The position numbers and the translations under genes were made by a program. Shown in pieces: positions 42,117-53,000 of a DNA stretch of 59,983 nucleotides. The DNA comes from Candidatus Calditenuaceae archaeon. GTDB taxonomy: Archaea; Thermoproteota; Nitrososphaeria_A; Caldarchaeales; Calditenuaceae. How positions within the stretch are numbered: the first letter of the stretch is position 1; every line of letters starts with the position of its first letter. The stretch is from NCBI GenBank assembly GCA_025058055.1, contig JANXEU010000015.1, positions 1 through 59,983 on the forward strand, in the 5' to 3' direction. The notes below the pieces were generated by a model, which did not search any database, had not been told where the DNA came from, and was given only the letters and a program-made list of their open reading frames with translations.

Positions 42117-42986
42117 TCATTCTCTGAGGTAAACCTCCCAGATATTTTCGCAGACTGATAGGACCTCTCTGAGGAACGTGGGACCGTAATGAGCCAGCGT
42201 GTCGGCAGGGAGGGTGAGAACTTTTCCGCTCCTAACAGCCTTTAGGTCCGAGAGACCCCTGCTCTCCATAACCTCGAGGCCCTCATGTTGGTTCGGATGG
42301 AAGCTCTTGGACTCAAAAACGATAACGTCGGGATCGATCTTTCTCAGTTCTGCAACTACGTCAAAGACTTCGTATCCGTTGACAGGCATCCCGTAGAGGT
42401 AATCTACCGATCTGTGAAGGAGGACGTTCTCAATTCCAGCGAGGTGAAAGGCGTGAGTTATGTGATTGAAGTAAGCGGGGATCGTAGGCCCACCTAGGTC
42501 TATCTCGACGTAGACCCTCGGCACCCTCACAGCAACTCGATTCTCTCGCCACCGGGAAGATAAACGCGCGATGAGTTCCACAGCAGACCTGCAGAGCTTT
42601 AGGGCCCTGACGTTCTCACCGATGAGCCCTCCGACGTCTGCGAACGTCGAGAGGATCGCGTAGAGGTCTCTGGGATAGGGTATGGGATAGGTTGGGTATC
42701 CAAGCTCCAGCAGCTTGAGGAGGGCCTCTTTCTGGGCGCCGGTGGTCGTGAAGATGAGCTCGGGGTCCAGCTGACGGAGCCTTTCAACTAGGACTAGCGT
42801 GTAACTGCCGACCTTGGGCCTGCTCAACGCGTCCTTAGGTCTGTGGCACCACGACGACACGCCGACCACCCTCTGACCAGCACCAAGCTCGAAGATCGTC
42901 TCGGTGATCGAGGGGTTCAGACTTACGATACGAGAGGGATTGTCCCGGAACTCAACCCATCCGACGAACGGATTGTAAACTTTCAA
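42117..42986 (-). CDS. TroA/BtuF-like (periplasmic-binding-protein type 2 fold) protein without an obvious signal peptide
   Basis: PSRIVSLNPSITETIFELGAGQRVVGVSSWC is the typical N-terminal lobe motif of cobalamin/siderophore-type binding proteins. No adjacent permease or ATPase. Confidence 0.6.
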   Translation of the reverse strand: MKVYNPFVGWVEFRDNPSRIVSLNPSITETIFELGAGQRVVGVSSWCHRPKDALSRPKVGSYTLVLVERLRQLDPELIFTTTGAQKEALLKLLELGYPTYPIPYPRDLYAILSTFADVGGLIGENVRALKLCRSAVELIARLSSRWRENRVAVRVPRVYVEIDLGGPTIPAYFNHITHAFHLAGIENVLLHRSVDYLYGMPVNGYEVFDVVAELRKIDPDVIVFESKSFHPNQHEGLEVMESRGLSDLKAVRSGKVLTLPADTLAHYGPTFLREVLSVCENIWEVYLRE

Positions 42987-43097
42987 GCCGCGCCTCCTAA
43001 ATTCTTGAAGTTTGACCTGGGGATTGAAGATATCGCATCCATTGGTTCAAGTCACACAACGACGTAAAACAGACCATCTATATGGGTCCGAGCCGTT

Positions 43098-43547
43098 CTA
43101 TCGCTGAGTTTTCCCCTTTCTCCAGATTATCGATGCGTGTCTTTCCCGTGCTGCAGCCATGTTCAGGAGCATCGCCGAGAAATAGAACCAGAAGACCTGC
43201 GGTGCGTCAGCCCTGTTCCACCAACAGTCACAAAAAGAGAAGGTGAGCCAGAGGTTTAGGGCTATGAGCGCTCCCGCAACGGTTACAGCTCTCGCGTAGA
43301 CTCCCAACAGAAGCATGATTCCCACGGCCGTCTCGGCTGAGGTTACCGCTATGGTAACAGCTTCCCACGATGGGACCAAGACCCTCAGAATTTCACCGTA
43401 GATGGGGACGTAATTACCTGCGGCAGCGGTAAAGAAGAGTTCACGCACCCAACTTCTGTCGAACCATCGCTGGCTCGCAAAGAAGATCCAAAAGCCGGCC
43501 ACGGAGAACCTTAGCAACAGGGCCCACGCTACGAGAAGCCTGGACAT
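43098..43547 (-). CDS. small integral membrane protein (DoxX-like, tentative)
   Basis: 4 predicted TM helices. Its size and Trp/Phe-rich helices are reminiscent of the DoxX family; this is a weak call. Confidence 0.45.
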   Translation of the reverse strand: MSRLLVAWALLLRFSVAGFWIFFASQRWFDRSWVRELFFTAAAGNYVPIYGEILRVLVPSWEAVTIAVTSAETAVGIMLLLGVYARAVTVAGALIALNLWLTFSFCDCWWNRADAPQVFWFYFSAMLLNMAAARERHASIIWRKGKTQR

Positions 43548-43663
43548 CGCTCTTCATGTCAGCTGGTGAGGTAAATTTGCGTTGAATGAACCGAATTGAG
43601 CTTGATTTCGCGAGGATCTTCGAGAGTTACTGAGTCGAGTAACTGGAAAAAACTTCATAACCC

Positions 43664-46276
43664 GTGGTTGGCTGGAAATGGACGCGGTGCGTAAGTGTGT
43701 GTCAAAGGGCCGTCGCGTTGACGCTCGTCCTTCTATCATTCGCGTCATCAACTGTTCCACTGTCCTACTTTCCTTGGGAGGTTCATCGACCCGTCCTCAT
43801 AGGTGACGAATGGACTTCTCTGGAGGTCACACCTGCGCCTTCTATCGGACTTATAGGTGCTTGGGACAAGAGGGTGATCTCCGTGCTCCTCTATCCTCAC
43901 TCGGACCCTTTGTACAACGAGCTGGCCTTAGATGCGATAAGGTGGTGGTCGAGGGCCATCAGGGTCTTCACGGCCCTTTACGGTCACGAGTACCTGAACT
44001 CGCTTCAGATCATGACCTACGTTAACGGCGTCAACGGGTCATCTGGTGACATCACAGTTCACTTCGTCTCAGACCTAGGTCCTAGAGTCTGTGGAAGGAC
44101 TTACGTTGCAGGATCGAACCGCATCATCAGCTACTCAAGGGTTGAGATATCGCTCAGATGTGTTGGAACCGATGCGAACCTGGTCAGGGTGGTCACAGCT
44201 CACGAGTTCGGACACGCTCTCGGCCTCGAACACTCAGATTACCCGGAGGACATCATGTACCCTTACGTCGTACACAACTCGAGGCCTTCAACGCTAAACG
44301 TCTATGCACTGGCAGTCGCATACTCATGGCTCAGAACTGATACCTTTAACGTCCCCGACTCTGTCTCCCTGCAGTCCATACCGTTCAGATACCTGCTCGA
44401 CGTTAACGGCATGCCGATCAAGATCAGGGTGAGGGTAATGGTCCAGATCGATGACGGACCGACGACTCTGCAGCAGGAGCTGCTTGTGGAGCCGGGGAGC
44501 CAGGTGTCCCTGACCACTAATACGGTACTGTCCACGGATGACGCTACTAGACGCTACAGGTTCACGGGATGGTTTTCCAACGGTAGGGAGATTCACACTA
44601 GCGAGTACCTAACATTCACGCCAAGGGACCACGTGACAGTCGTTGCCCGCTACCTCAGCCAGTTCCTCGTGAGAGTCGAGACTCCGCTCTCTGTTACTGA
44701 GAAATGGTATGACAGAGGAACTAACGTTGTTGTAGAAACATCTGAATTAATAGATTTTGGAAATAGAACTATGTTGAAGTTCCTGAAATGGGAGGGCGAC
44801 ATAAGTAACGAGAGCTCTAGGTTTGAAGTGTCCGTTCAGCGGCCTCTTAGACTGACAGCGCAGTACAACAGATTCTATCAAGTTACGGTTGATCTTGGTG
44901 AGCTTGGATACTGGACTGATTGGGTTGAGGAGGGACGAGAGCTGGGCTTGGAGGCACTGATCGAAGAAGCGGTCGTGGAATTCGGCAACGGGACTCGACT
45001 TGTGGCACGAGGTTTGCTTGATCCGGTCAGCGGCAAGACCGTGACGAGAATTCTCGTGACTGGACCCTTTAATACGGCCGTCTTGTGGAACAAAGAACAT
45101 TTGGTAAGGGTTGTCGATGGATGGACGGGTAGCGCGAGAGAGCTCTGGTGGGAGGAGAACGAAGTCGTAGAGGTCGAGGCGGACGAGATCGTAGATTTCA
45201 ACAACGGAACGAGGCTGAGCTTCAAGAGTTGGATCGGTGAGGTCTTCACAGCGAACTCTCCCAAGACGTATCTGGCGGTGAGAGGGCCCGCGGAGATAAC
45301 AGCCTCCTACGTCAGGCAGTACCTGCTCAAAGTCAGATCTGAGGTCCCCGAGTACGCCTTTAGTTCTTGGCTGGACGAAGGGACTAAGATGAAGCTCCGG
45401 GTTCCGACAGTTCACGAACTTCAGAACGGAACGCGCTACAGGTTCATCGGGTGGTCGGGTCAAGTAGGGTCCAGCGTCGCAGAGGTCGAGTTTTCTATGG
45501 AAGGGCCCGTAGCGCTGTCAGCCAATTGGGTGCAGGAGGCCCTTGTGGTGTTAAGGATCGGCGCTCTAGAAGAGATCTCGCTCTGGGAGAGGATCGGCAC
45601 GCGTCTAACCCTCACCGCCCCGCGGACGCTGGAGTCCAACGGTTCTTTCTGGGTCTTTAACGGCTGGTCCGATGGCGTTCTCATAGCTCGAAGGTCATTC
45701 ACTATAGCATCGGCGACGACGCTGGAAGCGATCTACACCGAGGTGAGGCCCGTGAGGTTCTTCGCCGAGGATCTAGAGGACGCGTCGTTGCTCATTGACC
45801 TCGGGGGGAGGTCGCTGATCGTTCCCCTCAACGTGCCGCATCTCTTACCGATGGAGGGATGGAGAGTCGAGGCCCTAGAATGGAGGGGCGTTGTTCAGGA
45901 AGCAGGTGAGATAGAAGTCATCAAGTTCGGTGATGACGTCTATGAGGTGAGGCCTCAGAGGAGGAGGGTCGTCGTGAAGGTGGTGGACGCCCTTGGTCTA
46001 CCGGTTCCAGGAGCCGGCGTCGAGCTAGTCAATGGCTTGGAAATCGTCGAACGAAGAGGAACAACCGGATGGGACGGAAGAGTCGAACTCGAGGTCATCG
46101 GGAAGCCGAAAAAGTGGCTTCGGGTCAGCGACGTCGATATGCCTAGTGAGCTCAGCACATCGTCCGATCAAATCCTTCGAGTGCCTCTCGGGTTCTACGG
46201 CTGGATAGCACTAACGACGGTAGCGTGGCTCTCATCGGTCATCACGACATTTGGTCTCTCCAGTAGGAAAACGTAA
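43664..46276 (+). CDS. membrane-anchored secreted metzincin (matrixin/M10-like) metalloprotease with about 5 InlB-B-repeat-like domains
   Basis: Signal-like AVALTLVLLSFASS. Zinc site VVTAHEFGHALGLEHSDYPEDIMYP (HExxHxxGxxH plus Met-turn). Repeated Y/L-x-F-x-GW modules (RYRFTGWFSNG, MLKFLKWEGD, RLSFKSWIGE, RYRFIGWSGQ, FWVFNGWSDG). A prealbumin-like module (VVVKVVDALGLPVPGAGVELV...DGRVELEV). C-terminal TM WIALTTVAWLSSVITTFGL. Confidence 0.75.
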   Translation: MVGWKWTRCVSVCQRAVALTLVLLSFASSTVPLSYFPWEVHRPVLIGDEWTSLEVTPAPSIGLIGAWDKRVISVLLYPHSDPLYNELALDAIRWWSRAIRVFTALYGHEYLNSLQIMTYVNGVNGSSGDITVHFVSDLGPRVCGRTYVAGSNRIISYSRVEISLRCVGTDANLVRVVTAHEFGHALGLEHSDYPEDIMYPYVVHNSRPSTLNVYALAVAYSWLRTDTFNVPDSVSLQSIPFRYLLDVNGMPIKIRVRVMVQIDDGPTTLQQELLVEPGSQVSLTTNTVLSTDDATRRYRFTGWFSNGREIHTSEYLTFTPRDHVTVVARYLSQFLVRVETPLSVTEKWYDRGTNVVVETSELIDFGNRTMLKFLKWEGDISNESSRFEVSVQRPLRLTAQYNRFYQVTVDLGELGYWTDWVEEGRELGLEALIEEAVVEFGNGTRLVARGLLDPVSGKTVTRILVTGPFNTAVLWNKEHLVRVVDGWTGSARELWWEENEVVEVEADEIVDFNNGTRLSFKSWIGEVFTANSPKTYLAVRGPAEITASYVRQYLLKVRSEVPEYAFSSWLDEGTKMKLRVPTVHELQNGTRYRFIGWSGQVGSSVAEVEFSMEGPVALSANWVQEALVVLRIGALEEISLWERIGTRLTLTAPRTLESNGSFWVFNGWSDGVLIARRSFTIASATTLEAIYTEVRPVRFFAEDLEDASLLIDLGGRSLIVPLNVPHLLPMEGWRVEALEWRGVVQEAGEIEVIKFGDDVYEVRPQRRRVVVKVVDALGLPVPGAGVELVNGLEIVERRGTTGWDGRVELEVIGKPKKWLRVSDVDMPSELSTSSDQILRVPLGFYGWIALTTVAWLSSVITTFGLSSRKT

Positions 46277-46306
46277 CATCAGAGGAGAACGATCGATGGA
46301 GACCTG

Positions 46307-49300
46307 TCAGGAAGCACCGCTCTGCTGCTCTTCTGACTCGGCGAGCTGCTTCGGCGGAACGTACTTCATCAGCAGCTGAACCATTCCGGTCCCTACAGGA
46401 ACCTCTTTTCCCATCAATATTCTCTCGACGCTGCTTCGCAGGTAATCTGTCTCGCCCCTCATGGCCGCCTCTAGCAGGGTCTGAACGCTGATCTCGAAGG
46501 CCGCCTTGGCTAGGACGCTGCTCTTTAGCCTCACGACGCCGTGCCTTCCGATCTGCTTCACCGTGCCGTCGACGGTCATCATGTCCGCCACGAGCATTAT
46601 GTGCCTCACGTCCACGTCAAGCCCCTGTTCCTTCAGGACGTTTGTTATCTCGTCGATGATGAGGGCCCTCGCTGCTTCTATGCCCAAAACCTCTGCGACC
46701 TCGTGGATGTCGTTGGTCCTGATCCTAGTGAAGTCGACCTCAGATACGCCCAGCATCTCCTTCAGGTTCGAACCTTCGGTCTCAATGTAGTACTCTTCTC
46801 CCTCTCGCTTGACGATGGCCTTCGCTATTCTTTTGAGGCCCTTTATCTTGACCGATAGGACGTTCTCCCTGAACGACGTGACGTCTGCTAGGTGGTCCTT
46901 TGGTATTGTAATTCTGAGCTCCCTCTCCAGCACCTGAGGTGAGTACTGCTTAAGGGACGTCTCGAGGTTTTTCTTGGTAACGCCGAGCTCCTTCATCGTC
47001 TCGAGGTCCAGCTTCATAACCAATTGACCTCTTCTAAGGTCAACGCTGAAAGAGGTGACCAAGTCCTTGAGGTAAGTGGACTGAATGTTCCTCGCAACGA
47101 GTTTCGCAAGCCTCGGGTCTGAGTTGTGCGGCGGCTTCAGGTAGACTCTCATCAGGGGGGTTGAAGGTTCCCTCCGCGCGTCGACGATCTCGATCAACCT
47201 CGGAAGCCCCAACAGGATGCTCTGCTCCCTCACTCCGGCGAAGTGGAACGTTCTCAGAGTCAGCTGCGTTCCTGGTTCACCGATGGACTGCGCCGCGACT
47301 ATGCCGACCGGATCTCCGACCTCTACGAGGCTCTGAAGATAGGCCTGATACGCGAGCCTGAAGACCTGCTCTAGAGCGTCCACTGGTACCCTCCGCGACC
47401 TTGTCGCCTTGACGAGCTCCTCCAACCACTTCGGAGGTAGAAGCTCTCTGTATCCAGACGCAATTCTTTCGATCTCTTCATCGGTGGCTGGCTGACTTGA
47501 GGGTTTGGACTCGCTGAGAACTCTTGAGACGATCACACTCGGCGTGAAGGGCATGCCGTGGTCGCTCTTAGCCGGATCGACGCCGTCCTCACCGTAGAGG
47601 AACTGGACGATGCGCTTGGTGTCAGAGGCCCTCACCGAGCCGTCAAACTCAACGTAAAGCGACTCGAGCGCGTTGATCAGCCTCCTCTGCATGTAACCGC
47701 TCTGCTGGGTCCTGACCGCGGTGTCAACCAGGCCGTCTCTTCCTCCCATCATGTGGAAGAAGAACTCGATTGGGTCAAGCCCCGTGATGAACGCGTTGTA
47801 GACGAACCCTCTGGCCGGTGGAGAGAGATCTCCGGGCCTGAAGTGCGGCAACACCCTGTCGGTGAAGCCCCTGCTGGGTCTCTCCCTCCTCACCGCCTGC
47901 TGTCCCACTATCGCGGTCATCTGGTCTATGTTGAGGCTGCTTCCCCTAGCGCCGGCTCTAGCCATGACCACGATCGGGTTGGTGGTTGGGAAGTGCTTCC
48001 TTATCGTTGAGCCGATCCTGTCCCTGACCTTCGAGAGAAGCTCCAGGAGATGACCCTCGAAGGCCCTCTCCGGTGTCTGACCAGGTCCTACCTCTATGGT
48101 TCCCTCGACGTAGCTCTTCCAGAGTGACTGATACTCGCGTTCCATGAACTCGATCAGTTTGGCCTTCTCCTCGTAGAGCCGCGGAGGTACAGTGAGGTCC
48201 TCTATACTCAAAGTGAAGCTCCTGTAGTTGATGTAGGTGTTGGACAACCTGATGAGTGAGTTGAGGAACCTCGCCACCTCATCTGGTCCGTAGTCCCTAG
48301 CGATGCGGTGAAGGAGGCTATTGGGACGCTCGACACCGATCAGAGCCTTGTCCGCGTAACCCTCGACCAGCTCACCACCCCTCACGACCACTTTGTCGTC
48401 GGGGTTGAAGGAGGCCTGGCCCTCGTAGTTAAGACCTGGTGGAAGCAGCAGACCGAAGATCTGAGCTCCCTTCCACCGGCCACCGGAACCTTTAGGGGAG
48501 GACAGAGGTCCAGAATAGCCTGCCGCCGCCAACAAATAACCCACCATCTGCTTGTCGAGCTCCGCCTTCGCGGTGAGCAGGTAGGAGGAGGTGAGGAAGT
48601 CCCTGATGGCGCCGATGATCGGAGCGCCGTAACGCGGCGATATTATGTTCCTCTGAACCTGCAGCAACAGCCTGGCCTCGGCCTGAGCCTCCTCGCTCTG
48701 CGGGACGTGGAGGTTCATCTCGTCGCCGTCGAAGTCGGCGTTGTAGGGCGTGCATACCATCAGGTTCAGCCTGAAGGTCTTGAAGGGAAGGACCTTGACC
48801 CTGTGGGCCATGATGGAGATCCTGTGGAGGCTGGGCTGCCTGTTGAAGAGGACGATGTCCCCGTCCATCAGGTGCCTCTCGACGACCCACCCGATGTCCA
48901 GCTGATCGGCTAACTCGTTGAGGTCTTGGACGAACTTCAGCCTTATGATCCTCTTGTCGGGCCTGATGACGTACCTCACACCGGGATATTTGTAGGGGCC
49001 GTTCCTCACCAGCTCCTTGAGCTTCTCCTTGTTCCAAGGCGTCACCGCCTCCGGGACCGTTAGTTGCATCGCTATCTCTATCGGGACTCCGACCTCGTCG
49101 ATGTCGATGTTCGGATCCGGCGAGATGACGGTCCTAGCAGAGAAGTCGACCCTCTTCCCCGAGAGGTTGAGCCTGAACCTCCCCTCCTTTCCCTTGAGAC
49201 GTTGGGAAAGGGTCTTGAGGATCCTCCCGGACCTGTGCTGTGCGGGAGCTAGGTTGGGCACCTCGTTGTTGATGTAGGTCGTGACGTGGTACTGGAGGAG

Positions 49301-50098
49301 ATCCGAGAGCTCTATGATGACCGGGGAGGGTGCTCCGGAGGCTATCGCGTCCCTGAGCCTCTGGTTGACCCTCAATATGTCGACGAGCTTGTGGGTAAGG
49401 TCGTCCTCGGACCTATATCCGGTCTCCAGAGTGATCGAGGGCCTCACGTAGACCGGCGGCACCGGCAGGACCGTCAGGACCATCCACTCCGGACGGGCGC
49501 TCTGCGGGTCCATGTCGAGCAGCTCTAGGTCGCTGTCCTGTATCTTCTCGAGCCTCTGCCTGACGACGTTCGCGGTCAGCCTCGCCATTCCTTGAGCCGT
49601 CGACTCGTAGAAGGTCATGGGCTTCTCCAGCTCGACCTTGACCTGCCTCTCGCCGCAGTGGGGACAGACATTGGTCGACATGGCGATCTGCTTGACCCGA
49701 TAGAAGACGTGCCTGTACTGTCTGTTCTCGGCCTTCAGCCTCTCGACCTCGGCCTTGTATTTCGCTATCTGTTCCTCAGTTATCAGTAGCCTGCCACAGG
49801 ACCTGCACGTCGACCTGAGGAGCTCATGAATGACCTTCACGTAGCCGATGTGAATGACCGGGACTGCGAGATCGATGTAGCCGAAGTGCCCCGGACAGTT
49901 GAGGTAGGTGTTGCCGCAGGTCTTGCATCTCTGTCCAGGCTCCAGCGTCCCAAGCCTCGGGTCCATCACTCCGGTCGGTATCGGCGCACCGTCCTCGTCG
50001 TAGGTCTCAGGGTTCGAGATGTCAGCGACCGCCATGCTCCGTATCATCTCCGGCGAGAGGAGTCCGAACTTGATCGCCGCTATCGAGCCCTTCACCAT
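46307..50098 (-). CDS. rpoA: DNA-directed RNA polymerase subunit A, with A' and A'' fused in one 1263-aa ORF
   Basis: The N-terminal zinc motifs (CKTCGN...CPGHFG), catalytic NADFDGDE, and YGEDGVDP are features normally in A'. They are followed in the same frame by AAQSIGEPGTQLTLRTFHFAGV, NDIHEVAEVLGIEAAR and RHIMLVADMMT, which are A'' motifs. Confidence 0.92.
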   Translation of the reverse strand: MVKGSIAAIKFGLLSPEMIRSMAVADISNPETYDEDGAPIPTGVMDPRLGTLEPGQRCKTCGNTYLNCPGHFGYIDLAVPVIHIGYVKVIHELLRSTCRSCGRLLITEEQIAKYKAEVERLKAENRQYRHVFYRVKQIAMSTNVCPHCGERQVKVELEKPMTFYESTAQGMARLTANVVRQRLEKIQDSDLELLDMDPQSARPEWMVLTVLPVPPVYVRPSITLETGYRSEDDLTHKLVDILRVNQRLRDAIASGAPSPVIIELSDLLQYHVTTYINNEVPNLAPAQHRSGRILKTLSQRLKGKEGRFRLNLSGKRVDFSARTVISPDPNIDIDEVGVPIEIAMQLTVPEAVTPWNKEKLKELVRNGPYKYPGVRYVIRPDKRIIRLKFVQDLNELADQLDIGWVVERHLMDGDIVLFNRQPSLHRISIMAHRVKVLPFKTFRLNLMVCTPYNADFDGDEMNLHVPQSEEAQAEARLLLQVQRNIISPRYGAPIIGAIRDFLTSSYLLTAKAELDKQMVGYLLAAAGYSGPLSSPKGSGGRWKGAQIFGLLLPPGLNYEGQASFNPDDKVVVRGGELVEGYADKALIGVERPNSLLHRIARDYGPDEVARFLNSLIRLSNTYINYRSFTLSIEDLTVPPRLYEEKAKLIEFMEREYQSLWKSYVEGTIEVGPGQTPERAFEGHLLELLSKVRDRIGSTIRKHFPTTNPIVVMARAGARGSSLNIDQMTAIVGQQAVRRERPSRGFTDRVLPHFRPGDLSPPARGFVYNAFITGLDPIEFFFHMMGGRDGLVDTAVRTQQSGYMQRRLINALESLYVEFDGSVRASDTKRIVQFLYGEDGVDPAKSDHGMPFTPSVIVSRVLSESKPSSQPATDEEIERIASGYRELLPPKWLEELVKATRSRRVPVDALEQVFRLAYQAYLQSLVEVGDPVGIVAAQSIGEPGTQLTLRTFHFAGVREQSILLGLPRLIEIVDARREPSTPLMRVYLKPPHNSDPRLAKLVARNIQSTYLKDLVTSFSVDLRRGQLVMKLDLETMKELGVTKKNLETSLKQYSPQVLERELRITIPKDHLADVTSFRENVLSVKIKGLKRIAKAIVKREGEEYYIETEGSNLKEMLGVSEVDFTRIRTNDIHEVAEVLGIEAARALIIDEITNVLKEQGLDVDVRHIMLVADMMTVDGTVKQIGRHGVVRLKSSVLAKAAFEISVQTLLEAAMRGETDYLRSSVERILMGKEVPVGTGMVQLLMKYVPPKQLAESEEQQSGAS

Positions 50099-50099
50099 C

Positions 50100-53000
50100 T
50101 CAGGCCACCTCCTCCAGTACGACCTTGGGATAGATGCCCATCGAGAGCAGCTCGTTCAGCAGCAGGTAGAAGGCGTAGGAGAGCGTGACCGGCTTCGCCG
50201 GCGGGTTCTTCCCGTGAATGGGGCAGACCAGCCTCTCCTGCTTGAGGTCGTAGTAGGCCGCGAGCCCGCACTTCTCGCAGAAGTAGACGGTGTACTTGTC
50301 GGACTGCTCGAGGAGCCTGTCGAGGAGCAGGTAGCTCGCACCGTAGGCGAGGAGGCAGTCCCTCTCCATCTCCCCGAACTTCAGACCTCCTCCCCTTGCC
50401 CTGCCCTCGGTCGGCTGACGGGTGAGCATCTGAACCTGGCCTCTGGACCGGGCGTGGATCTTGTCCCTGACCAAGTGGTGGAGCCTCTGGTAAAAAGCGA
50501 CGCCTATGAAGACCTCGACTTCGTATCTCTTGCCAGTGAGGCCGTCGTACATCACCTCGGTTCCGGAGCTCTTGAACCCCAGCTCCTCCAGCTCCCTCTT
50601 GATCTCCTCGAGACGCTTCCCCACGAACGGCGAGCCGTCCACTATCTCGCCCTTGAGCGCCGCCAGCTTTCCTGCGAGGCTCTCTATCAGCTGTCCGACG
50701 GTCATCCTTGAGGGGAAGGCGTGGGGGTTGATGATGAGATCCGGCACGATTCCGCTCTCGGTGTAGGGGAGGTCGGCCTGCTGGAAGACCATGCCGATGA
50801 CGCCCTTCTGGCCGTGTCTGGATGCGAACTTGTCACCGATCTCGGGGAAACAGAGGGCCCTCACGCGGGGCTTGATGAGCGTGTTGCCCTCAACCGTCCT
50901 AGACGCGAATATCTCGTCTACGACCCCCACTTCGGAGGGCCTCACGGCTTCGGAGGCATCTCTCCAGACCATCTCCCTGGCCGGGGTCCTAACGTACTCC
51001 TCCATGAATCTCGGCGGGCTGACGACTCCAACCAGCACCATGCCGTCGGTGACCTCGGACTCTGGGACCGCGAGCCCGTCCTTATCCAGTACCCTGTAGT
51101 ACTGCTCGCCCCTGAAGCCCCTGACGTTGGGGTCCGGTATCGAGACTCTGTCCTTCTCGCCGCCGAGATACTGCCTGGCCTCAACCTCGTAGGTCCTGTA
51201 GCTCATCGTGACCGCGAGTCCCCTCTCGATCGCCGACTTGTTCAATACGACTGCGTCCTCTATGTTGTAGCCGTAGCCCGTGAGTACCGCAACTACGAAG
51301 TTCTGACCTATGGGCCTCTCGTCTAGTTTGATCAGGTCCATGAGCATGGTCTTGACCAGGGCCTTCTGCGGGTAAATCATCAAGTGAAGCCTGCTGTCGG
51401 TCCTGACCGGGTAGGATATCGTCGGCAATCCGAGGGCCTGCTTCGCCATCGAGGCCTCGTAGACGTTCCTCGGTGACTGGTTGTGGTTACTGAAGGGTAT
51501 GATACCTGCTATCACGCCCATCATCATCATCGGGCTTACCTCGAGGTAGTCGTGTGACCTGCTCACGTCTTCTGGTCTGAGGGCTATGAGGGCGTTGTCC
51601 TCTTCACTCGCGTCGAGGTACTCCAATACGCCCATCGCTATTAGGTCTCTAATCTTGAGAGTCCCCTGCGCGACCGATTCGACCATGTGGAGCTTGAGCT
51701 TGACGTCTCCCTCCTCAACGACTACCAGAGGCCTCCTAACCCTTCCTTCGTCGGTGTAGATGTAGACCTCCAAAAGGTGTTCGTAGTCCCTGAGGAGCAC
51801 GTTGATGGACTGGTTGACCTCACCGTTGCGTCTCATTCTCTTGAGCTCCTTCACGAGCCTCTTGCCGTCAGGGTGGTATCCGATCAGCTCGTCGTTGATG
51901 TAGAGTTTGGTCCTGAGTTCCTTCCTCCTCGAGGTCTTCCTGTCCATTACAGCCACGAGGCTAGTCAGCCCGAGCTTCCAGAGCTTCTCCCTGAGCGATT
52001 GCTCGTCGTCTTCAAGTAGCGGGACAGTGACCTCAGCTCCCAGAGCCAGATTCTTCACCAGACCGGCGTTCGCGCCCTCCGGCGTCTCCGCAGGACATAT
52101 CCTGCCCCAATGAGTTCCGTGCAGGTCTCTCGCCTCGAAGTGAGGTTGACTTCTGCTCAGAGGGCTCTGAACTCTTCTCAGGTGGCTGACAGTCGCCAAG
52201 TAGTTGGTCCTGTTGAGTATCTGTGTAACTCCAACCCTTCCACCTGGCCAGTTGCCGGTGGAAAATGCCGTCAGCACCACATCGTTCACTATTCCGGGCC
52301 TGATGAAAGTGGACAACGTGATCGGTTGCCTCGTGATGAGAATCCTCTCGAGCTGGTACCTGATGTCTCGGACGAGCTTGTTGAGGGCTGACCTGTAGAG
52401 CTCCATTAGCAACTGGGACTCGAGCTTCAGTCTCTTGTTGGCGTAGTGGTCCTTGTCGTCTGGTTTCCTGATGCCTGCAGCAGTTTCGAGTAACTTGCCC
52501 ACGATGTCGCAGAGCATCGCACCCTTCTTGAACCGGGCCTCCTTGTTGATGCCGAGGTGAATGAGGAAGTTGTTGTCTAGCATCAGTTCGGCCCTCTCGA
52601 CCCTGTACTCCTCCGCGTACCCGAACGCAACTCTGTTCCCTAGGAACCTCAGAGCCTCCTTTTTGTCCTCAATACCCTCAGCCTCCTTGAAGCTCTCGAT
52701 GAGCATCTCCTGGATCTCAGGAAGCGGTGACACGAGCTCCGCGATCTGTTTGTCGTTCTCCATCCCGAGGGCCCTCAGCATGACGATCAGCGGTATGCCC
52801 TTGTGGATCTTCGCGAAGAACACCCTCACCGGCCCGCCGGGCTTGTAGGTAACCTCGACCTTGCTCTGCCTCCCGTAGGAGATCGAGATCACCGCGGCCG
52901 AGTACTGAACTCCTCCGTCCTGCTCCTTCGAAGTGATAAGGACCTTGTTAGGAGCGAGGTCCTCGATCGCGACTATGACCCTCTCGGAGCCGTTGATGAC

